Shown: positions 10,295 to 20,473, numbered from the stretch's first letter. The stretch: 64,000 bases of DNA from an uncultured Gemmatimonadales bacterium (GCA_963821525.1 CAWGED010000019.1:1024001-1088000); one strand, 5' to 3'. Program-made: numbers and translations. Notes: generated by a model not told the origin, from the sequence alone.

Positions 10295-11272
10295 ATGGCG
10301 CACATAGACGAACGCACGCTCGAGCAGCTCCTGAACCACAAGATGTCCCGGTTGGACATTGACGTGGTGCTCGCACATGCTGCCGAGTGTCGTGGATGTG
10401 GACATCGGCTTGAGGAATGGCGCGATCACTTTGAGGAGATCGCGACCCTCCTTCCTGACCCGCAGTCGATCCCTCAGCCGATGGCCCTCCCTGCGGCCTT
10501 CGTGCTGGTCCCGGACAATCCCGCTCCCAGGCATCGCTTCGATCTCACCAATTTGCTGTGGATTGCGGCCGTCGCGCTCGCATTGATCGTCGGGTACTCC
10601 GCCAGCCGGCTGCAACGGAATTCATCCGACGGTCTGGTGACGTCGATCGGTGTTAATCCGATGGCCGAAGCTCCCCAGAACCTCGCGATGTCGAGGGACA
10701 GTCTTGCGTCGCCCTCAATCGACACGACTGCGAAGGTGGTCGATTCGGCCAAGGCTGATACGCCATCGACTCGTCCGGTACAGCAGGACCCGCCAGCCGC
10801 TCCGCCCCGCACCGCGACTACCAAGGCTCCGGCTCCTGCCGCATCCATGGGTGCTTCTCCTAAGCCGGACGCGTCGGTAACCATGCCGGGATTCCGGCGA
10901 GTTGCCCTGGGTGAGGCATCACGGCGTCTCGATGGTGGAATTCGCTTCCTGAGCAATCTGAATCCCGATCACGTCGAGCTCGGCCCCGGCTCCGCGGTGC
11001 CCGGTGCCCAGGCGTCCCTCGATGTCGTCCGGGTCGTGTATAACACACCGGATGGCTCGCGTATCCTGCTGGATCAACAGCGAATCCCCTTGGACGAATC
11101 TGGATTCCGACCGATCAACGATGCGGCGCTGGAGAACGGAGACACGCTCTATGGCAGCTCGGCGCAGGGCGTGAGTGTCGCGACCTGGGTGGACGACGAC
11201 GGCTACCGCATGTCTCTCGTACTTCGGGCCGCGCCGGACTCGCTGCGGAAACTGATCCGGCGGGTTCGCTGA
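10295..11272 (+). CDS. Second zf-HC2 anti-sigma-like protein, paralog of 9131..10222
   Basis: HAAECRGC, TM helix, shared C-terminal motifs VVRVVY, LDQQRI, GDTL and DSLRxLxRRVR. Confidence 0.8.
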   Translation: MAHIDERTLEQLLNHKMSRLDIDVVLAHAAECRGCGHRLEEWRDHFEEIATLLPDPQSIPQPMALPAAFVLVPDNPAPRHRFDLTNLLWIAAVALALIVGYSASRLQRNSSDGLVTSIGVNPMAEAPQNLAMSRDSLASPSIDTTAKVVDSAKADTPSTRPVQQDPPAAPPRTATTKAPAPAASMGASPKPDASVTMPGFRRVALGEASRRLDGGIRFLSNLNPDHVELGPGSAVPGAQASLDVVRVVYNTPDGSRILLDQQRIPLDESGFRPINDAALENGDTLYGSSAQGVSVATWVDDDGYRMSLVLRAAPDSLRKLIRRVR

Positions 11273-11392
11273 CAGCTCCCTCAGTTGCTAATCCATTGTC
11301 GCTGCAAATCTCTTCTGATCACTATTAGCTTGAGCCTCAACCCGGCCGCGATTCGTGGCTGGTGCGCGTCTGACAAATGTTCAGGAGATTCC

Positions 11393-11923
11393 ATGAAACG
11401 TCATCTGCTTTCCGGTCTCGCACTCCTTGCCCTCTTCGCTGTTGGTGCGCGCTCGGCTCAGGCTCAGGAAGGGTTCTACTTCGGTGTTGGCGGTGGCGGA
11501 ACGGAGCCGGTGGGAGACTATAGCGACGCAGCGAACTTCGGGTGGCATGGCCTCGCGATCATCGGGTACCGCCCGGGAGCCCACACGCCCTCCTCCTTCA
11601 GGATCGACGGCCTGTATGGCGAAAACGATTTTGAGGCTGGCGGTGGCAAGTTCAAGCTTGCTGGCGGTCTCGCCAACGGGGTCTATGAGTTCGGCTCGGG
11701 GAAAGCCAAGGCCTATCTGGTCGGTGGCATCGGGGTTTTCAGTGTCAAAGCGGGCAGCAGCAGTAGCACCAAGTTCTCTGCGGGTGGCGGGGCTGGGGTC
11801 AACATTCCGGTGGGCTCCGACTCCAAGATATTCTTCGAGGCTCGGTACATCAGCGTGTTCACCGAGACCTTCAATACTGCCTTCATCCCGCTGACACTTG
11901 GAATCACCTTCGGGGTGAATTAA
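11393..11923 (+). CDS. Small outer-membrane beta-barrel protein
   Basis: SD AGGAGA, signal peptide AQAQ, Gly/aromatic alternating strands, FFEARY, C-terminal LGITF. Confidence 0.82.
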   Translation: MKRHLLSGLALLALFAVGARSAQAQEGFYFGVGGGGTEPVGDYSDAANFGWHGLAIIGYRPGAHTPSSFRIDGLYGENDFEAGGGKFKLAGGLANGVYEFGSGKAKAYLVGGIGVFSVKAGSSSSTKFSAGGGAGVNIPVGSDSKIFFEARYISVFTETFNTAFIPLTLGITFGVN

Positions 11924-11945
11924 TCCGAAATCTTTTCGACCACTG

Positions 11946-11979
11946 AGCGGCTGCCCTGCGGGGCAGCCGCTTGTTGTTT
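11946..11979 (+). terminator. Intrinsic terminator between convergent genes
   Basis: agcggctgccc-tgcg-gggcagccgct 11 bp stem followed by tgttgttt. Confidence 0.75.
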
Positions 11980-13205
11980 CAGACTCTTGCCGCCGCGATT
12001 CCCGCTGCCCGGCCGGTTGCCCAGGCCCAGGCAAAGTTGTGTCCGCCAATCGGTCCGAATGCATCCAGCATCTCTCCGCAGAGGAAGAGTCCAGGACAAC
12101 GGCGGCTCTCGAGCGTCGTCGGGTGAACCTCGGAGAGCGCCACACCGCCTCCGGTGACTTCGGCCTTCCGGTACCCCTCGTCCCCGGTCCAGGGGAGTTC
12201 GTATCGGACCAGCAGATCCACCAACCGGAGTCGTGCGTCGCGCGGCAGCTGTGAAATCGGTAGACCCGGCTCGAGGCCCGCCTCCATCAGGAGCCCCTCC
12301 CCCAGTCGAGCCGGAAGTTGGCGACGAATGACGGAGCCAACTGTTGCGGCGGTGCGTTGCTGTAACATTCCATTCCACTCATCCTGACCCAGGGCGCACC
12401 AGTTCACCGTGAGTCGAGGGAGTGGCTCTCCCCGGAGTCGCGCTCGCGCTGCCAGGTGGGAAATGTCGAGGACAGCGGGACCACTGTAACCGCGATGAGT
12501 AAAGAGAAACCCGCCAGTCGTATGGAAACGGTTCGCCTGAGCGGACAACGAGGAATGCAACGAAACCCCGGCCAGCTCCTGATGGAATGCGGAACTCCCC
12601 GTAAGTGGAGTGAGCGCGGGATATGGGTTGACGACGGTGTGCCCGAGCGCCCGGGCCAGATCGAGCCCGACCCCGTCACTGCCTGTGTTAGGCACCGAGA
12701 GACCGCCGGTGGCGAGCACGACGGACCGCGCGGTTAGTGGCCCGTTACCCGCGGTCTCAAGACGCCACCCAGCCGGCACTCCCTCGAGGCTGGCCAACCG
12801 GGAGCCGAAGGACACCAGCGCGCCCTGGCGCTTCGCCTGATTCACCAGACCATCACGGACGTCGCGGGCCCGGTTCGATACGGGGAAGAGCTTGCCGGTT
12901 TCCTCTTCGAGAACCAGCGGGATATTGAGGTCTCGCTCGAAAAACGCTCGTTGCTGCTCCAGAGGGAAGGAGAGGAGCATTCGCCGGAGGGTATGCGGAG
13001 AGGACTCGGTCACGAATCGCCCCGGATCGAGCGCCGAGGGAAGGACGTTGCACCTTCCTCCTCCGCTAATCAGGATCTTGCGGCCGCCGTCGCGGGTTCC
13101 CTCCAGAAGCACTACCCTGGCCCCGGCCTGCGCTGCGGAGATAGCCGCCATCAGCCCGGCGGCACCCGCGCCGACGACTACGACCGGAAGATTCTCAGAA
13201 TCCAT
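11979..13205 (-). CDS. HI0933/BaiN/YhiN-family flavoprotein
   Basis: GAGAAG, GRKILISGGGRCN, ATGG, FTHRGYSGP, AEVTGGGV and GEMLD..GPIGG.N motifs. Confidence 0.92.
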   Translation of the reverse strand: MDSENLPVVVVGAGAAGLMAAISAAQAGARVVLLEGTRDGGRKILISGGGRCNVLPSALDPGRFVTESSPHTLRRMLLSFPLEQQRAFFERDLNIPLVLEEETGKLFPVSNRARDVRDGLVNQAKRQGALVSFGSRLASLEGVPAGWRLETAGNGPLTARSVVLATGGLSVPNTGSDGVGLDLARALGHTVVNPYPALTPLTGSSAFHQELAGVSLHSSLSAQANRFHTTGGFLFTHRGYSGPAVLDISHLAARARLRGEPLPRLTVNWCALGQDEWNGMLQQRTAATVGSVIRRQLPARLGEGLLMEAGLEPGLPISQLPRDARLRLVDLLVRYELPWTGDEGYRKAEVTGGGVALSEVHPTTLESRRCPGLFLCGEMLDAFGPIGGHNFAWAWATGRAAGIAAARV

Positions 13206-13251
13206 GGTGGCAATATGAAGCCCTCCTCCAGCCGGCGCATATTACTGATCT

Positions 13252-14625
13252 ATGAAAACCATCATCGAGCCGTTCCGCATCAAGTCGGTCGAGCCGATCA
13301 GGATGACCTCCCGCGAAGAGCGGGAAGCGAAGCTCAAAGAAGCCGCGTACAACGTCTTCCTGCTGCGTTCTGAAGACGTCCTCATCGACCTCCTCACCGA
13401 CAGCGGAACCTCGGCGATGAGCTCGGCCCAGTGGGGCGCCATGATGCGGGGAGATGAGTCCTACGCCGGGAGCCCCTCGTTCTTCCGTTTCGAGGAGGCG
13501 GTGCGGGACATCTTTGGCTTCCGGCACGTCCTGCCCACACACCAGGGCCGTGCCGCAGAGCGTATCCTGTTCTCCGTCATGTGCAAACCGGGAGACGTAG
13601 TTCCCAACAACACCCACTTCGACACGACGCGTGCCAACGTGGAGTTCGTCGGAGCCAACGCGGTCGACCTGGTGATCGCTGAAGGGCGTAAACCGGAGGC
13701 GCGGCATCCGTTCAAGGGAAACATGGATGTTGCCGCACTGGGCCGGTTGATCTCCGAGGTCGGACCGGAGCGAATCCCCCTCTGCCTGATCACCGTCACC
13801 AACAATTCAGGCGGTGGGCAGCCGGTTTCGATGGAGAATGTGCGGGCGGTCTCTACCCTCTGCCGGACCAACAAGATCCCGCTTTACATCGATGCCTGCC
13901 GGTTTGCGGAGAACGCCTATTTCATCAAACAGCGGGAGAGCGGCTACCTGGACAAGGTACCCCTCGCCATTGCGCAGGAGCTCTTTTCTTACGCCGACGG
14001 CTGCACCATGTCCGCCAAGAAAGACGGCATGGTGAACATGGGAGGGTTCCTCGCTACCAACCAGACATCACTGGCCGATCGGGCCCGCGATCTGCTCATT
14101 CTGACGGAGGGATTCCCGACCTACGGCGGGCTTGCCGGGCGCGACCTGGAAGCGATCGCCGTCGGCCTATACGAGGCATTGAATGAGGATTACCTGCTCT
14201 ATCGGATCACCTCCACCACCTATCTCGGCGAGCACATCGCGCGGGCAGGCGTGCCGATCGTTCAACCTCCGGGCGGCCACGCAGTGTACATCGACGCGGC
14301 AGCATTCTTTCCGCAGATCCCCAATCTCCAGCTGCCCGGGCAGGCCCTGGTCGTCGAGCTGTACCGGGAGGCGGGCATCCGCGGGGTCGAAATCGGCACC
14401 GTGATGTTTGGGCGACGGGACCCCGAGACCGGCGTCGAGTCAGCTGCACCGATGGAGCTGGTGCGCCTTGCGATACCCCGTCGAGTGTATACCCAGAGCC
14501 ACGTGGATTATGTGGTTGAGGCGATCCTTAATGTGTGGGAACGCCGGGCGGCGGTTCGGGGCTACCGGTTCCTCGAACAAGCGCCCTTCCTCCGGCACTT
14601 CACGGCACGGTTCGCCCCGCTGTGA
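13252..14625 (+). CDS. tnaA: Tryptophanase (beta-eliminating lyase)
   Basis: EPFRIKSVE, DLLTDSGT, SAKKD PLP lysine, and LRHFTA (His as in tryptophanase; tyrosine phenol-lyase has SGKKD and LRFFTA). Confidence 0.85.
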   Translation: MKTIIEPFRIKSVEPIRMTSREEREAKLKEAAYNVFLLRSEDVLIDLLTDSGTSAMSSAQWGAMMRGDESYAGSPSFFRFEEAVRDIFGFRHVLPTHQGRAAERILFSVMCKPGDVVPNNTHFDTTRANVEFVGANAVDLVIAEGRKPEARHPFKGNMDVAALGRLISEVGPERIPLCLITVTNNSGGGQPVSMENVRAVSTLCRTNKIPLYIDACRFAENAYFIKQRESGYLDKVPLAIAQELFSYADGCTMSAKKDGMVNMGGFLATNQTSLADRARDLLILTEGFPTYGGLAGRDLEAIAVGLYEALNEDYLLYRITSTTYLGEHIARAGVPIVQPPGGHAVYIDAAAFFPQIPNLQLPGQALVVELYREAGIRGVEIGTVMFGRRDPETGVESAAPMELVRLAIPRRVYTQSHVDYVVEAILNVWERRAAVRGYRFLEQAPFLRHFTARFAPL

Positions 14626-14712
14626 GCGGCAGCCTGGAATCGGGCTGATTGCTTTCAGGATATATAAGTGTGCGGCATACATATATACCTCCCATCAAAG
14701 AGCCGCCTGGGC

Positions 14713-15228
14713 TCAGGACCGGGCCAGCGCTGCGCCGTTCACGGGGCAAGTCTCCTCTGGGCATGCGTCCAGTTCGCATAGTCGGCAGATGTGATCGGAG
14801 TGCGCGGGACTGCGAGTGATTCCGAACAGGACCTTCTCCACCGATCGCATGAACTGGCTTCTCTCGGCCGCGCCCAGGTGACCGAGAGCTGCATCCATGG
14901 ACTGACGCCGGGCATCGAGGATCCGCTGATAGACCCGTTTGCCCGCGGCGGTCAGAAATACCGCGGCCGAGCGACCATCTTTCCCTGCCCGGCGCTCTAC
15001 GATCCCCTCCTCCTCCAGCCGATCAAGCAGCCGCACCGTGCCAGAATGGGACAGGTCGAGCGCACGACGCAGGGTCTCAATCGTTTGGCCCGGCTCTCCG
15101 CCAACGGTTACGATCGCAGCCGGGCTGGCAGCGGCATGTCCCGCAATGCCTTCCGTGGCGGCAGAGATCTCATCCCCCAAGGCAACGGCGAGAGCGCCGA
15201 GCAGGTTAGAAGAACGAGGGTCACTCAT
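14713..15228 (-). CDS. MarR-family transcriptional regulator with C-terminal four-Cys motif
   Basis: LSHSGTVRLLDRLE...DGRSAAVFLT winged HTH; CRLC-x4-C-x4-CPV tail. Confidence 0.88.
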   Translation of the reverse strand: MSDPRSSNLLGALAVALGDEISAATEGIAGHAAASPAAIVTVGGEPGQTIETLRRALDLSHSGTVRLLDRLEEEGIVERRAGKDGRSAAVFLTAAGKRVYQRILDARRQSMDAALGHLGAAERSQFMRSVEKVLFGITRSPAHSDHICRLCELDACPEETCPVNGAALARS

Positions 15229-15234
15229 AGGGCC

Positions 15235-15263
15235 AATATATGACTTACACACATATCTGTCAA
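15235..15263 (-). promoter_or_regulatory. Sigma70 promoter of marR with overlapping palindrome (candidate autoregulatory operator)
   Basis: TTGACA-N17-TATATT on the minus strand, 6 nt before ATG; ATATG-N9-CATAT palindrome at 15238..15256. Confidence 0.75.
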
Positions 15264-15270
15264 GCAACAG

Positions 15271-15765
15271 CTATTTCTTCCGATAAAGCCCATCGAAGGC
15301 CACCTGCCAGTCGCCCGGCTTGCTGGAGGTCTCCCAGAGCTGCCGCACGGAGCCGTCAGGGTTCCGGAAGAACGTCAGGCGCTGCTCCTGCTTACTGCCG
15401 TCGGCCGCGGTCACAGTACCGGTGAACAGCATCTTGTTATCGGCGTAGGACCCGGACAGGTACAGGTAGTTGCCTGAGTTGTCTACCCAGAATTGATGCC
15501 ATCGGCGCGCCACCCGGTCGTAGAAATTGAAACTCTGCCCGGTGCTTCCCCGCGCTCCGGTCCAGTGCTCGTGCACTACACACCCGTCCTCTTCCAGAGT
15601 GATATCATTGGTTCCCGCCTCCTTTCCCTGCACCGTCACGTTCCACTGGCCAACCCAGAAGTCGAACTGCCTGAACTCGGCCGTGTCGCACTTCGGAGGT
15701 GCCTGCTGAGCTGAGAGAGAGGCCGCAGCGATCGCCGCGAATCCAAGATGACGACAAGGGCGCAC
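15271..15765 (-). CDS. Secreted hypothetical protein (DUF1579-like); start uncertain
   Basis: Signal-like N-terminus, RQFDFWVGQW, GCVVHEHW, WHQFWVDN and FDGLY. Confidence 0.75.
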   Translation of the reverse strand: MRPCRHLGFAAIAAASLSAQQAPPKCDTAEFRQFDFWVGQWNVTVQGKEAGTNDITLEEDGCVVHEHWTGARGSTGQSFNFYDRVARRWHQFWVDNSGNYLYLSGSYADNKMLFTGTVTAADGSKQEQRLTFFRNPDGSVRQLWETSSKPGDWQVAFDGLYRKK

Positions 15766-15857
15766 GGAGAAACGTCATGGCAGCACCTGTGGCTCGAGGG
15801 AAGGTGGAGTGCAGTTCACACCTTACGCCTCGCCTCGGGCGTGAGTTGCAGGCTGGG

Positions 15858-17255
15858 CTAGAACTGGAAGTAGAGGAACGGACTGGGCACCGCGAACTGG
15901 AGCAGGCAGATGGCGAGCAGGATCGCGAGCGCGAGCGCCGCGGGGCGGCTGCGCGGGAACCGGATCGCCCAGGTGTTGGGAGCGAACCAGACGACGGCGA
16001 GTGCGGCAGCCGTAAGAAGCAGAATCGGCGGCGTGACCAGATACTCGAACCCGCCGGGCCCGGGGCGAAGCCCGCTCATCGTGGCCAGCATGCTTCCCGC
16101 TTCTCCCAGTGTTCGCGACCGGAAGAAGACCCAGCCGATCATGACGGCGAGGAAAGTGGCGAGCCTCGCCAGTACCGGCGAGCGCGGCACGAATCCAAGG
16201 TGCCGCAGTCGCGCGTGAGCGGCGAGCAATCCACCGTGGAACAGACCCCAGACCACAAATGTCCAGGCGGCGCCGTGCCAGAGGCCGCCTAAAAACATCG
16301 TGACGACGAGATTGCGCGCCGTCCGCCAGCGGCCTCCGTGGGATCCTCCAAGCGGGATGTAGAGATAGTCCCGCAACCAGTAGGAGAGGGACATGTGCCA
16401 TCGGCGCCAGAATTCGGCCACGTTCCTCGACTGGTAAGGCGAATCGAAGTTCTGGGGGAACTTGAATCCCAGCAGGAATGCCAGCCCGACGGCCATGTCA
16501 CTGTAGCCGGAGAAATCGAAGTAGATCTGAAGCGTGTATCCCAGTGTCGCGAGCCACGCCTCGCCGGTGTCGAGGTGCATGGCCTGTTGCCAGAGCGGAT
16601 CGACCAGTCCACCCGCCAGCACGTCCGCCACCAGAACCTTTTTCGCCATGCCGATCACGAGAAGCCACAGTCCGGTTACCCATTCACCCGAATCAGGCCT
16701 GCGTTCGAGATTCTCGAACTGATGGCCCATGTCGGCGTAGCGCACGATCGGGCCGGCAACCAGATGGGGGAACATTGCAACGAAGGCGGAGAACTCGAGA
16801 AAACTTCTGGCTGGCCGCAGTCTCCCCCGGTAAACGTCGATGGTGTAGCTGATCGAGTTGAAGGTGTAGAAGGAGATGCCGACCGGCAGCACGAGATGCA
16901 TCAGCGGCAAGTCCACAGCGAAACCCAACGCCCGCCCGATTCCGTTCAGGGTGCCGGCGAAGAAATCGAAATACTTGAAGACGGCGAGGATGCCGAGGTT
17001 GAAGACGAGCAGAAGCACCAGCCAGACGGTTCGATGCCTGCGGTCGGTGCTTCGAGCGATAGCCGCCCCGGCCAGGAAATCGGCCGAGGTGGAGAGAATC
17101 ATCAGCGGGACGAAGCGATAGTCCCACCAGCCGTAGAAGACGTAGCTCGCGACGGTGAGGAACAGGAGCCGCGCTCGCCGTCCGGGCAGCAGCCACCAAC
17201 CCGCCAGGGTCAGCGGGAGGAAAACCAGGAGAAAGATGTAGCTATTGAACAGCAC
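15858..17255 (-). CDS. MBOAT family O-acyltransferase (AlgI/PatA/DltB-like)
   Basis: MLFNS, LPVGISFYTF, AGPI, QIYFDFSGYSDMA, FWRRWHMSLS, YIPLGG and GLWHGA. Confidence 0.95.
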   Translation of the reverse strand: MLFNSYIFLLVFLPLTLAGWWLLPGRRARLLFLTVASYVFYGWWDYRFVPLMILSTSADFLAGAAIARSTDRRHRTVWLVLLLVFNLGILAVFKYFDFFAGTLNGIGRALGFAVDLPLMHLVLPVGISFYTFNSISYTIDVYRGRLRPARSFLEFSAFVAMFPHLVAGPIVRYADMGHQFENLERRPDSGEWVTGLWLLVIGMAKKVLVADVLAGGLVDPLWQQAMHLDTGEAWLATLGYTLQIYFDFSGYSDMAVGLAFLLGFKFPQNFDSPYQSRNVAEFWRRWHMSLSYWLRDYLYIPLGGSHGGRWRTARNLVVTMFLGGLWHGAAWTFVVWGLFHGGLLAAHARLRHLGFVPRSPVLARLATFLAVMIGWVFFRSRTLGEAGSMLATMSGLRPGPGGFEYLVTPPILLLTAAALAVVWFAPNTWAIRFPRSRPAALALAILLAICLLQFAVPSPFLYFQF

Positions 17256-18342
17256 AGACGGTCTGTCGCCCTAGCAGAAGCGCGACGAGGCGGTCGGCAT
17301 TGGCTGGCATGAAGTGCAGCGCGTCGTAGTACCATGCCGGATTGCCGCCGAAGCTCGCCAGGTCACGGGCCTCGACGTAATGCAGGAGTCCGGCGCGGTC
17401 CAGACCGCGCAAAGTATCCGCGGTCTCGTTGCTTCGAATGGCGAGGTAGCCGCCTGATCCGGCGCGCTCGAGCTCAGGGTGAATCGGCGGGATGAACGCG
17501 ATTACCTGAATGCGGGCGTCTCGAGCCTCCTGCAGCATTGTCGCCAGCAGGCCTAGCCTTCGCGACGAAAGCCGGGCGAAGTCGCTGTACCGCGGCAGAA
17601 TACCGGGGATGGACCCCCGCACCTGTTCCTCTTGAGCGAAGGTCCCGGCGCGGACCTGGGCATCGAAGCGGGGGTACTCCTCAACGCCGTCGGCGGACAA
17701 TCGAGTAGAGGGAAGATCGGGTTGGCCCAGCACCGCATAGCGCAGCGAGCGAACCGACGCGACGATGGATTGCCGGCTCCAGAGATCCTCGGCCACGGCA
17801 TTCCAGCGATGCGGCTCGACCATCCCGGCCACCAGCCCCCGAAGCGCGCGAGAGTCGGCCAGCGGGCGATGGGGACCTTCGGTGTCCTGCAACGCCTCCG
17901 GGTCCACGCCCAGCAGAATCTCGTGGACTGCGGAATTGGGATCGCGATGGAGCCAGCGGAAGATGGCGAGATAGTCTTCGGCAGCCGCTCCGTTCACGCC
18001 GAAGTTGAAGGCGGGTTCTCCAGTGAGCTGGTTGATGCACGCGGGCCGGATGGTCTTGCTGCGGGACGATCCAATGATCACTATGCTCGGCGGCGTCGGC
18101 AATCTGTCATATAGGCCCGCTTTGTAGTCCCGGTCGGCGCTGATCGCCGGAGGCAGGAGACCCGTCCCGAAGGCGGCAAGAGGATCCACCAGCCACGACA
18201 GCGCCGCCATCCCCCCCACCAGACCAAAGAAGGTGAGAAGGAACACCGCGAGAAACGACGCGTCCCGGGGAGTGGACGGCGCGCCACGGTGACGATGCCG
18301 CGGATCCGGGGCGACGGCGCTATTCTCAAGTCCCATGACCAA
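17242..18342 (-). CDS. Membrane-anchored SGNH-like partner of the MBOAT; start uncertain
   Basis: TM helix then VDP, IIGSSR, FNFGVNG and DALH (DxxH); overlaps the MBOAT start. Confidence 0.72.
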   Translation of the reverse strand: MVMGLENSAVAPDPRHRHRGAPSTPRDASFLAVFLLTFFGLVGGMAALSWLVDPLAAFGTGLLPPAISADRDYKAGLYDRLPTPPSIVIIGSSRSKTIRPACINQLTGEPAFNFGVNGAAAEDYLAIFRWLHRDPNSAVHEILLGVDPEALQDTEGPHRPLADSRALRGLVAGMVEPHRWNAVAEDLWSRQSIVASVRSLRYAVLGQPDLPSTRLSADGVEEYPRFDAQVRAGTFAQEEQVRGSIPGILPRYSDFARLSSRRLGLLATMLQEARDARIQVIAFIPPIHPELERAGSGGYLAIRSNETADTLRGLDRAGLLHYVEARDLASFGGNPAWYYDALHFMPANADRLVALLLGRQTVCAVQ

Positions 18343-20422
18343 CCGCCTTTCGGAGGCTACCTCCGCCTACCTGCGCTCAGCCGCCCACCAGCCGGTGCAT
18401 TGGCACCCGTGGGGTGCGGAAGCGTTTGCGGCAGCGCAGGCCGCCGATCGGCCGATCCTGCTGGATATCGGCGCGGTGTGGTGCCACTGGTGTCACGTCA
18501 TGGACGGCGAGTCTTACGAGGACCCCGCTCTGGGGGAGTTCCTCAACCAGAATTTCACGTGCGTCAAGGTGGATCGTGACGAACGTCCCGACGTTGATAC
18601 CCGTTACCAGCGCGCGGTTCAGGCCCTCTCCGGTCAGGGTGGCTGGCCGCTGACCGCTTTCCTGACCCCCACGGGCGAAGTCTTCTACGGCGGCACCTAC
18701 TTCCCACCCGATGGGAAATATGGCCGACCCGGCTTCCGCTCAGTTCTCGAACAGGTTTTGCTGGTCTATCGCAATCAGCGGGAGCAGGTCCTGCGCCAGG
18801 CGGACTCCATCAGGAGCGTCCTGGAACAGCACCTTGATGAATCAATGGCTGGCGAGCCGAGCGAGGCCCTGCTCTCCGAGGCCGCTCAGAGTATCGCTAG
18901 GGTGTTCGATGCGAGGAATGGGGGGTTCGGTACCCAACCCAAATTTCCCCACCCGTCGGCTCTCAGGTTTCTCTTGACGCGGTGGCACCGCACCGGAGAA
19001 GCGTGGGCCCGCGACATCGTGGAGGGGACCCTTCAAGGTATGGCTCGAGGCGGGATCCACGACCAGCTCGGCGGAGGATTCCACCGCTACAGTGTTGACG
19101 CGCAGTGGATTGTCCCCCACTTCGAGAAGATGAGTTACGACAATGCGGAACTGCTCCGAGCCTACCTCGATGCCCATACGGCGTTCAGTGCCGAGCAATA
19201 CGCGGAGGTTGCCCGCGGAATAGTACGCTGGATCCGCGAGGTGCTGGCGGATGCAGAAGGAGGATATGGAGCAAGCCAGGACGCAGATGTCGGTCTGGAT
19301 GACGATGGAGACTACTTCACCTGGACCTTCGAAGAAGCCGCCGCCGTCCTCACCGAGGAGGAACTTGCTGTCATCGCTCCGTACTACGACATCGGGACCG
19401 CGGGAGAAATGCACCACAATCCCGCCAGGAATGTTCTGTTCGTCGCAGAGCCGCTGGAAACGATCGCTCAGCGACTCGAACTAGACCTACCGATCGCCGA
19501 TGAGCGACTACGCCAGGCCCGCTCGAAGTTGTTAGCGGCGCGCGACGGTCGGCCTACACCATTCGTGGACCGCAGCCAATACAGCTCGTGGAACGCGATG
19601 CTGGCCGGAGCGCTTCTGCAGGCGTCGGCCGTCCTGGATGATCCCTGGGCTGGGGAGCACGCGCTTCGCACTCTGCGGCGTCTCCGGGCGGAGCAAACGG
19701 CGCCTGACGAGCTTGCCCACACTACGGGCGGCATTTCAGGCATGCTGGAAGATCAGGTCTTTACGGCGATGGCTGCGATTGATGCCTTCGAGTACAACGG
19801 TGATTTTGGCTGGCTCGAATGGGCCGGCGCCATCATGCACCGGGTCTGGAGCGATTACCTCGACACCGAGGGCGGTGGACTGTTCGACCTGGCCCGTAGT
19901 CGCGGCGGCGAAGGATTGTTGCCGGCCGCCGCCAAGCCGGTACAGGACGCACCGACACCCTCGGGCAACGGGATGGCCGGATTGGCTCTGGCCAGACTCG
20001 CGGAGCTTACGGGCGCTTCGGTCTGGCGGGAACGGAGAGATGCAGTGGTAAGCGCCAATGCCGGTCGGGCGGCCGAGCTTGGCTTGCACGGAGCCACGAT
20101 GTTGCTGGCTGTTGATTGGGTGGTCCAGCCGGCGACGCATCTGGTGATTATTGAAGACGGGGATGGCGCCGGCTCGAAGACTGCTGACGCCATGCACCAA
20201 ATCGCTCTCCGCAGCTTTTTCCCCAGACGGGTAGTTCATCGTGTGAAAGTCGCTGACGGAGACGGATCGCTGCCGCAGGCAGTTCGCGGCATGCTTGAAT
20301 CGGCGAGCGGCACTCGGGGCTTTATCTGTGTCGGCACTTCCTGCGAAACCCCGGCCACGACGGTCGAGGCCTGGCAAGACACCCTGGCCCGTCTTACGAC
20401 TGAGGGGAAGTCTGCCCAATGA
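18335..20422 (+). CDS. Thioredoxin domain-containing protein (YyaL/SSP411, DUF255)
   Basis: [34 protein letters not shown] and VPHFEKM. Confidence 0.93.
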   Translation: MTNRLSEATSAYLRSAAHQPVHWHPWGAEAFAAAQAADRPILLDIGAVWCHWCHVMDGESYEDPALGEFLNQNFTCVKVDRDERPDVDTRYQRAVQALSGQGGWPLTAFLTPTGEVFYGGTYFPPDGKYGRPGFRSVLEQVLLVYRNQREQVLRQADSIRSVLEQHLDESMAGEPSEALLSEAAQSIARVFDARNGGFGTQPKFPHPSALRFLLTRWHRTGEAWARDIVEGTLQGMARGGIHDQLGGGFHRYSVDAQWIVPHFEKMSYDNAELLRAYLDAHTAFSAEQYAEVARGIVRWIREVLADAEGGYGASQDADVGLDDDGDYFTWTFEEAAAVLTEEELAVIAPYYDIGTAGEMHHNPARNVLFVAEPLETIAQRLELDLPIADERLRQARSKLLAARDGRPTPFVDRSQYSSWNAMLAGALLQASAVLDDPWAGEHALRTLRRLRAEQTAPDELAHTTGGISGMLEDQVFTAMAAIDAFEYNGDFGWLEWAGAIMHRVWSDYLDTEGGGLFDLARSRGGEGLLPAAAKPVQDAPTPSGNGMAGLALARLAELTGASVWRERRDAVVSANAGRAAELGLHGATMLLAVDWVVQPATHLVIIEDGDGAGSKTADAMHQIALRSFFPRRVVHRVKVADGDGSLPQAVRGMLESASGTRGFICVGTSCETPATTVEAWQDTLARLTTEGKSAQ

Positions 20423-20473
20423 GCCCGATTGGGACAAACGCGTTAGGTTTGGGGCGAGGCGTCGTTTCAGATG

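Noticed and set aside
13206..13251. tnaC-like leader for tryptophanase
   Set aside because: The divergent gap is only 46 nt and has no Trp-containing leader ORF on the plus strand.
13252..14625. Tyrosine phenol-lyase assignment
   Set aside because: SAKKD and LRHFTA match tryptophanase rather than the SGKKD and LRFFTA of tyrosine phenol-lyase.
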